A stretch of DNA of 64,000 nt from Bryobacteraceae bacterium (GTDB lineage: Bacteria; Acidobacteriota; Terriglobia; Bryobacterales; Bryobacteraceae), in NCBI GenBank assembly GCA_035485055.1, contig DATHOJ010000083.1, positions 55,966-119,965 of the forward strand. Reading direction: 5' to 3'. The notes under the pieces are model-generated. The model worked only from the letters and a program-made list of their open reading frames with translations, ran no database searches and was not told where the DNA came from. The translations under genes and the position numbers were made by a program. Positions 61,142 through 64,000 of the stretch are shown one piece after another (within the stretch, counting starts at the first letter, position 1; every line of letters begins with the position of its first letter).

Positions 61142-61714
61142 TCATCCTCCTGCTGCGGTTTGCTGTCCATGATCTTCACCCATCTGTTCAAACAGCCACT
61201 TGCGCGCATCGAGCCACATTCGTTGCATCGTGCGAAGCTTTACGCCAAGGACCTCTGATGCTTCCTCGTCTGTAAGACCGAGAAAATATTTCAATTCCAC
61301 CAGGCTGCACCACTCCGGTTTTGTTTCCGCGAGCTTATCAAGGAGCCGGCCGACGGTAATCGCCAGATCGACCTTGGCGCTATCCGCGGGAAGAAAATCC
61401 CTCATCCCATCGAGGGCGACGATCTCCGCGCCGGGCTGTCCGCGGGCATAGTCGATCAGGTATCGGCGCATGGCTCTACCAGCAATAGCGAAAAAATGTG
61501 CGCGGTTCCGCCAATCCCGATCTTTGGCGCCAACCAGCCGGAAGTAGATCTGGTCAACCAGTTCGGTGGCCTGCATCGTATGGCCCTTACGCTCACCCTT
61601 CATGAGGTAGTGGGCCAGACGGCGGAGGTTGGGAGTTACTCGGGTGAAGAGCTCGTTTTCGGCCTCGCGGCTCCCGTCACGCCATTCCTGCAGGAGCTGA
61701 GTGATGTCGCCCAT
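61142..61714 (-). CDS. ECF-type sigma-70 factor, TIGR02999-like
   Basis: ITQLLQEWRDGSREAENELFTRV...LRRLAHYLMKGERKGHTMQATELVDQIYFRLVG...DWRNRAHFFAIAGRAMRRYLIDYAR...LVELKYFLGLTDEEASEVLGVKLRTMQRMWLDARKWL. Confidence 0.9.
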   Translation of the reverse strand: MGDITQLLQEWRDGSREAENELFTRVTPNLRRLAHYLMKGERKGHTMQATELVDQIYFRLVGAKDRDWRNRAHFFAIAGRAMRRYLIDYARGQPGAEIVALDGMRDFLPADSAKVDLAITVGRLLDKLAETKPEWCSLVELKYFLGLTDEEASEVLGVKLRTMQRMWLDARKWLFEQMGEDHGQQTAAGG

Positions 61715-62039
61715 ATATGCCGTATGGAGTAGGAGAAGGACGGCTAATTATACACTGATTGTCAAGCGGCTGGACGAATGGATGTCACCGCGGTGTGCAA
61801 CACGCGAAAGAGATCGCCGGCGACGTCCCACTAGCTGCCGCCAGCACGCGTGGTCCACACGATTCGGCCCGTGCGAGCCTGGATCTTTCAACCACCGCAT
61901 CCATCTTGCAGGGTAGAGACCACGCGCGCTGAGGAGTCCGATCACCGCGGAGCCGAGCAGTATTCGAGGGCCAAAAAACACGTGTCCTCTGATGCCAGCG
62001 CCGAACGGTGCGTACCACCCGACCGATGATCATGCTGAG

Positions 62040-62366
62040 CTATATTCGCGAGATCGAGATCCGCTTACGTCCATAAGCAATAGCGTCTATGGACCAGGAT
62101 CCGGGTCCAAGAAGCATCAAGCTCAAGCCCATAGCCGCGCACAACAGGGATGGCCAAGCTTCTTCCGGTCTTGAGAATGCCATCCAGAGTTCGATTCCAA
62201 CTGCCGTCGCGCCGGCGATCGGTGTCCACAAACCGATCAGCAAGAAGGCTGCCGAGCCACCTGCCACCGCCCCCAACACACCGGAGCTTCCGTCGCCCGG
62301 ATCACGTACAAAGAATCCATGAATGAGAAATGCGGAAATCGCCAGCCTCAGGATTGTTAGTCCCAA
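62040..62366 (-). CDS. small membrane protein (DoxX-like helices); TTG start uncertain
   Basis: Three predicted TM helices: LAISAFLIHGFFV, SAAFLLIGLWTPIAGATAV, LLCAAMGLSLMLLGPGSWSID. Confidence 0.4.
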   Translation of the reverse strand: MGLTILRLAISAFLIHGFFVRDPGDGSSGVLGAVAGGSAAFLLIGLWTPIAGATAVGIELWMAFSRPEEAWPSLLCAAMGLSLMLLGPGSWSIDAIAYGRKRISISRI

Positions 62367-62491
62367 CCCAGGCCAACCCCTTGCAAACGTAGAGAATAGG
62401 CGGTGCAGTGTGTCCCCGCTTCGAGACTACGCGAATCAGCTCCGGTGAGGAAACCTCAATCGAGTCGCCGCCTTCACCCTTTCGAGTGAAA

Positions 62492-63157
62492 TTACAGACT
62501 GATGATTCCGCGCTTGAGTCCGATCATTGCGGCGTGAGTTCGGTCGTTGGCATGTAACTTTGAGAGGATGCTCTTCACCCGGCTCTTTACGGCTTCCTCT
62601 GTAACTTGAAGGCGGGCTCCAATCTCCTTGTTCGCGAGCCCCCCGGCAATCAGTCGAAGCACTTCAATTTCGTTGGGCGTCAAAGTATCTTCTCCCTGGT
62701 GCTCTGCGAGTTCCGCTGCGACGGAAGGCGACATCATCTTGCGTCCCGCATGCACCGCCCGGATCGTCTCCAGCAATTCCTTATGAACAGCGTTCTTCAG
62801 CAGATATCCGCGAGCCCCCGCCTGGAGCGCCCGGACCACCTCCGCATCACCGGAATACGTAGTCAGAACTACGATTCGAGCGTCCGGCACTTTCTTCCGA
62901 ATGGTCACAATCGCTTCGGTGCCCCCCATATCCGCCATTCGAAGATCCATTAGCGTAACATCCGGCAAATACTTAAGGAACTGCTCAACACTCTCACGTC
63001 CATCCGCCGCTTCGGCGACAACTTCCATGTCGGGCTGACCGGCAATCAGAAACGCGAGGCCGTCCCGGATGAGCGCATGATCGTCAACAACCAAGACACG
63101 AATCGATCGCCGCTTCGGTGCGGAGCCGGCAGGACTCTGGTTTGCTTCGAAACCCAT
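62492..63157 (-). CDS. response regulator, NarL/LuxR-type
   Basis: IRVLVVDDHALIRDGL..., LMDLRMADMGG, ARIVVLTTYSGDAEVVRALQAGARGYLLK, LTPNEIEVLRLIAGGLANKEIGARLQVTEEAVKSRVKSILSKL. Confidence 0.9.
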   Translation of the reverse strand: MGFEANQSPAGSAPKRRSIRVLVVDDHALIRDGLAFLIAGQPDMEVVAEAADGRESVEQFLKYLPDVTLMDLRMADMGGTEAIVTIRKKVPDARIVVLTTYSGDAEVVRALQAGARGYLLKNAVHKELLETIRAVHAGRKMMSPSVAAELAEHQGEDTLTPNEIEVLRLIAGGLANKEIGARLQVTEEAVKSRVKSILSKLHANDRTHAAMIGLKRGIISL

Positions 63158-63231
63158 GGCTCTCTGGTCACATTCTTACACGTAACACGGCGGGTGGAAA
63201 CGCGAAGCGCAATTCGACTGCTTCGTGAGCT

Positions 63232-64000
63232 TCATTCCAGGTCGGAATCACTTGGCGATTTGAAGGCGATCGTACCAGGAACGGTTACTTCCACTTCAGT
63301 GCCCTGATGGATTCGGCTCCAGAATTCGAATTTTCCACCGATATTTCTCGCGCGCTCCCGCATACCCGGCAACCCGTAATGTCCAGGGCGGCGCCCCTCG
63401 GTGAGGATCTTTGAATCGAGCCCAACTCCGTCGTCGCGTACCCGGAGCAGTAGTATTCGCGGGCCATAATCAATATCCAATTCGACGATTTTGGCTCGCG
63501 CATGACGAAACGCATTCAGCAGCGCCTCTCGTGCGATGCTCAGCAGATTAGACTGGACCGTTGGATGCACTTTGCGCGGTGTGCCTTCAACAGTAATACG
63601 AACCTGAGTTGGGGATCCGTCAAGGGTCGTGCTGGCGTGATCGGCCTCGAGCTCCCGGGTCATTGCGGTAAGAACCTCTACCAGGCTCGTACCGCTAGAC
63701 CGCCTGTTTCGGAGCTCCTGAACGGCGTCACGGCCTTCAGTAATGGCTTTGGCAGCACGATCGATGGCAGTCTCCAGTGCGCTAACCGCTTCCTCGGGCT
63801 TCTCCGGAAGCATATTGCGAACAGCCTGAAATCGGAAAATCAGTCCCTGAAAACTTTGCAGCAGTGTGTCATGTAACTCTCGCGCAATGCGAGTGCGTTC
63901 GGCAAGCCGTTCTTCGTACCGTACTTGAAGTTGGCGCCCTAAGCTTTGCAGTCTAAGTTTATAGGCGCCGCTCAAGAGCAGCAATATCAAAACGCCGGCC
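63232..64000 (-). CDS. sensor histidine kinase, HisKA_3 (NarX/DesK-like) type; 5' end lies outside the window
   Basis: ERTRIARELHDTLLQSFQGL (H-box), LLSIAREALLNAFRHA, VRDDGVGLD, HYGLPGMRERA. The frame stays open through a TM-like stretch to base 64000. Confidence 0.85.
   Translation of the reverse strand, partial: AGVLILLLLSGAYKLRLQSLGRQLQVRYEERLAERTRIARELHDTLLQSFQGLIFRFQAVRNMLPEKPEEAVSALETAIDRAAKAITEGRDAVQELRNRRSSGTSLVEVLTAMTRELEADHASTTLDGSPTQVRITVEGTPRKVHPTVQSNLLSIAREALLNAFRHARAKIVELDIDYGPRILLLRVRDDGVGLDSKILTEGRRPGHYGLPGMRERARNIGGKFEFWSRIHQGTEVEVTVPGTIAFKSPSDSDLE

Overview
GC-rich bacterial chromosomal window. The gene families suggest Acidobacteriota of the Solibacter/Bryobacter type (inference from family content only). 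These families are an ADOP-type duplicated MacB-like permease, a TIGR02999-type ECF sigma factor coupled to a TPR Ser/Thr kinase, a TIGR03437-like secreted repeat protein, a PEP-CTERM cargo next to a PrsT-like TPR lipoprotein, and many sigma-54 activators. About 40 CDS look intact. They fall into three groups. (1) Redox and hydrolytic enzymes: GMC oxidoreductase, LLM flavin oxidoreductase, two amidohydrolases, crotonase, and a Tat-exported bicupin of the oxalate decarboxylase type with its own porin. (2) Envelope and secreted proteins: S53 sedolisin, PEP-CTERM protein, TPR lipoprotein, YVTN beta-propeller protein, M50 protease and DoxX. (3) Dense signal transduction: three sigma-54 enhancer-binding proteins plus one remnant, four histidine kinases, three response regulators, a STAND-like wHTH-AAA-TPR regulator, and an ECF sigma/kinase operon. 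The window also shows heavy gene decay, with at least 16 remnants: SDRs, xth, tyrosine recombinase, ISL3 transposase, an mdlC-like TPP enzyme, kinase-AAA16 regulator pieces, ADOP permease tails, and ALDH and FNR-like stubs. The most unusual structure is at 16.7-19.7 kb. Two inverted ~320-bp homologous leader regions each carry a sigma-54-type -24/-12 element and a TGACGTCA palindrome about 90 nt upstream. They face outward towards flanking catabolic genes and bracket a regulator gene broken into pieces on alternating strands. I saw no rRNA, intact tRNA, CRISPR array or intact mobile element. All family assignments come from motif recognition by eye, not from searches.
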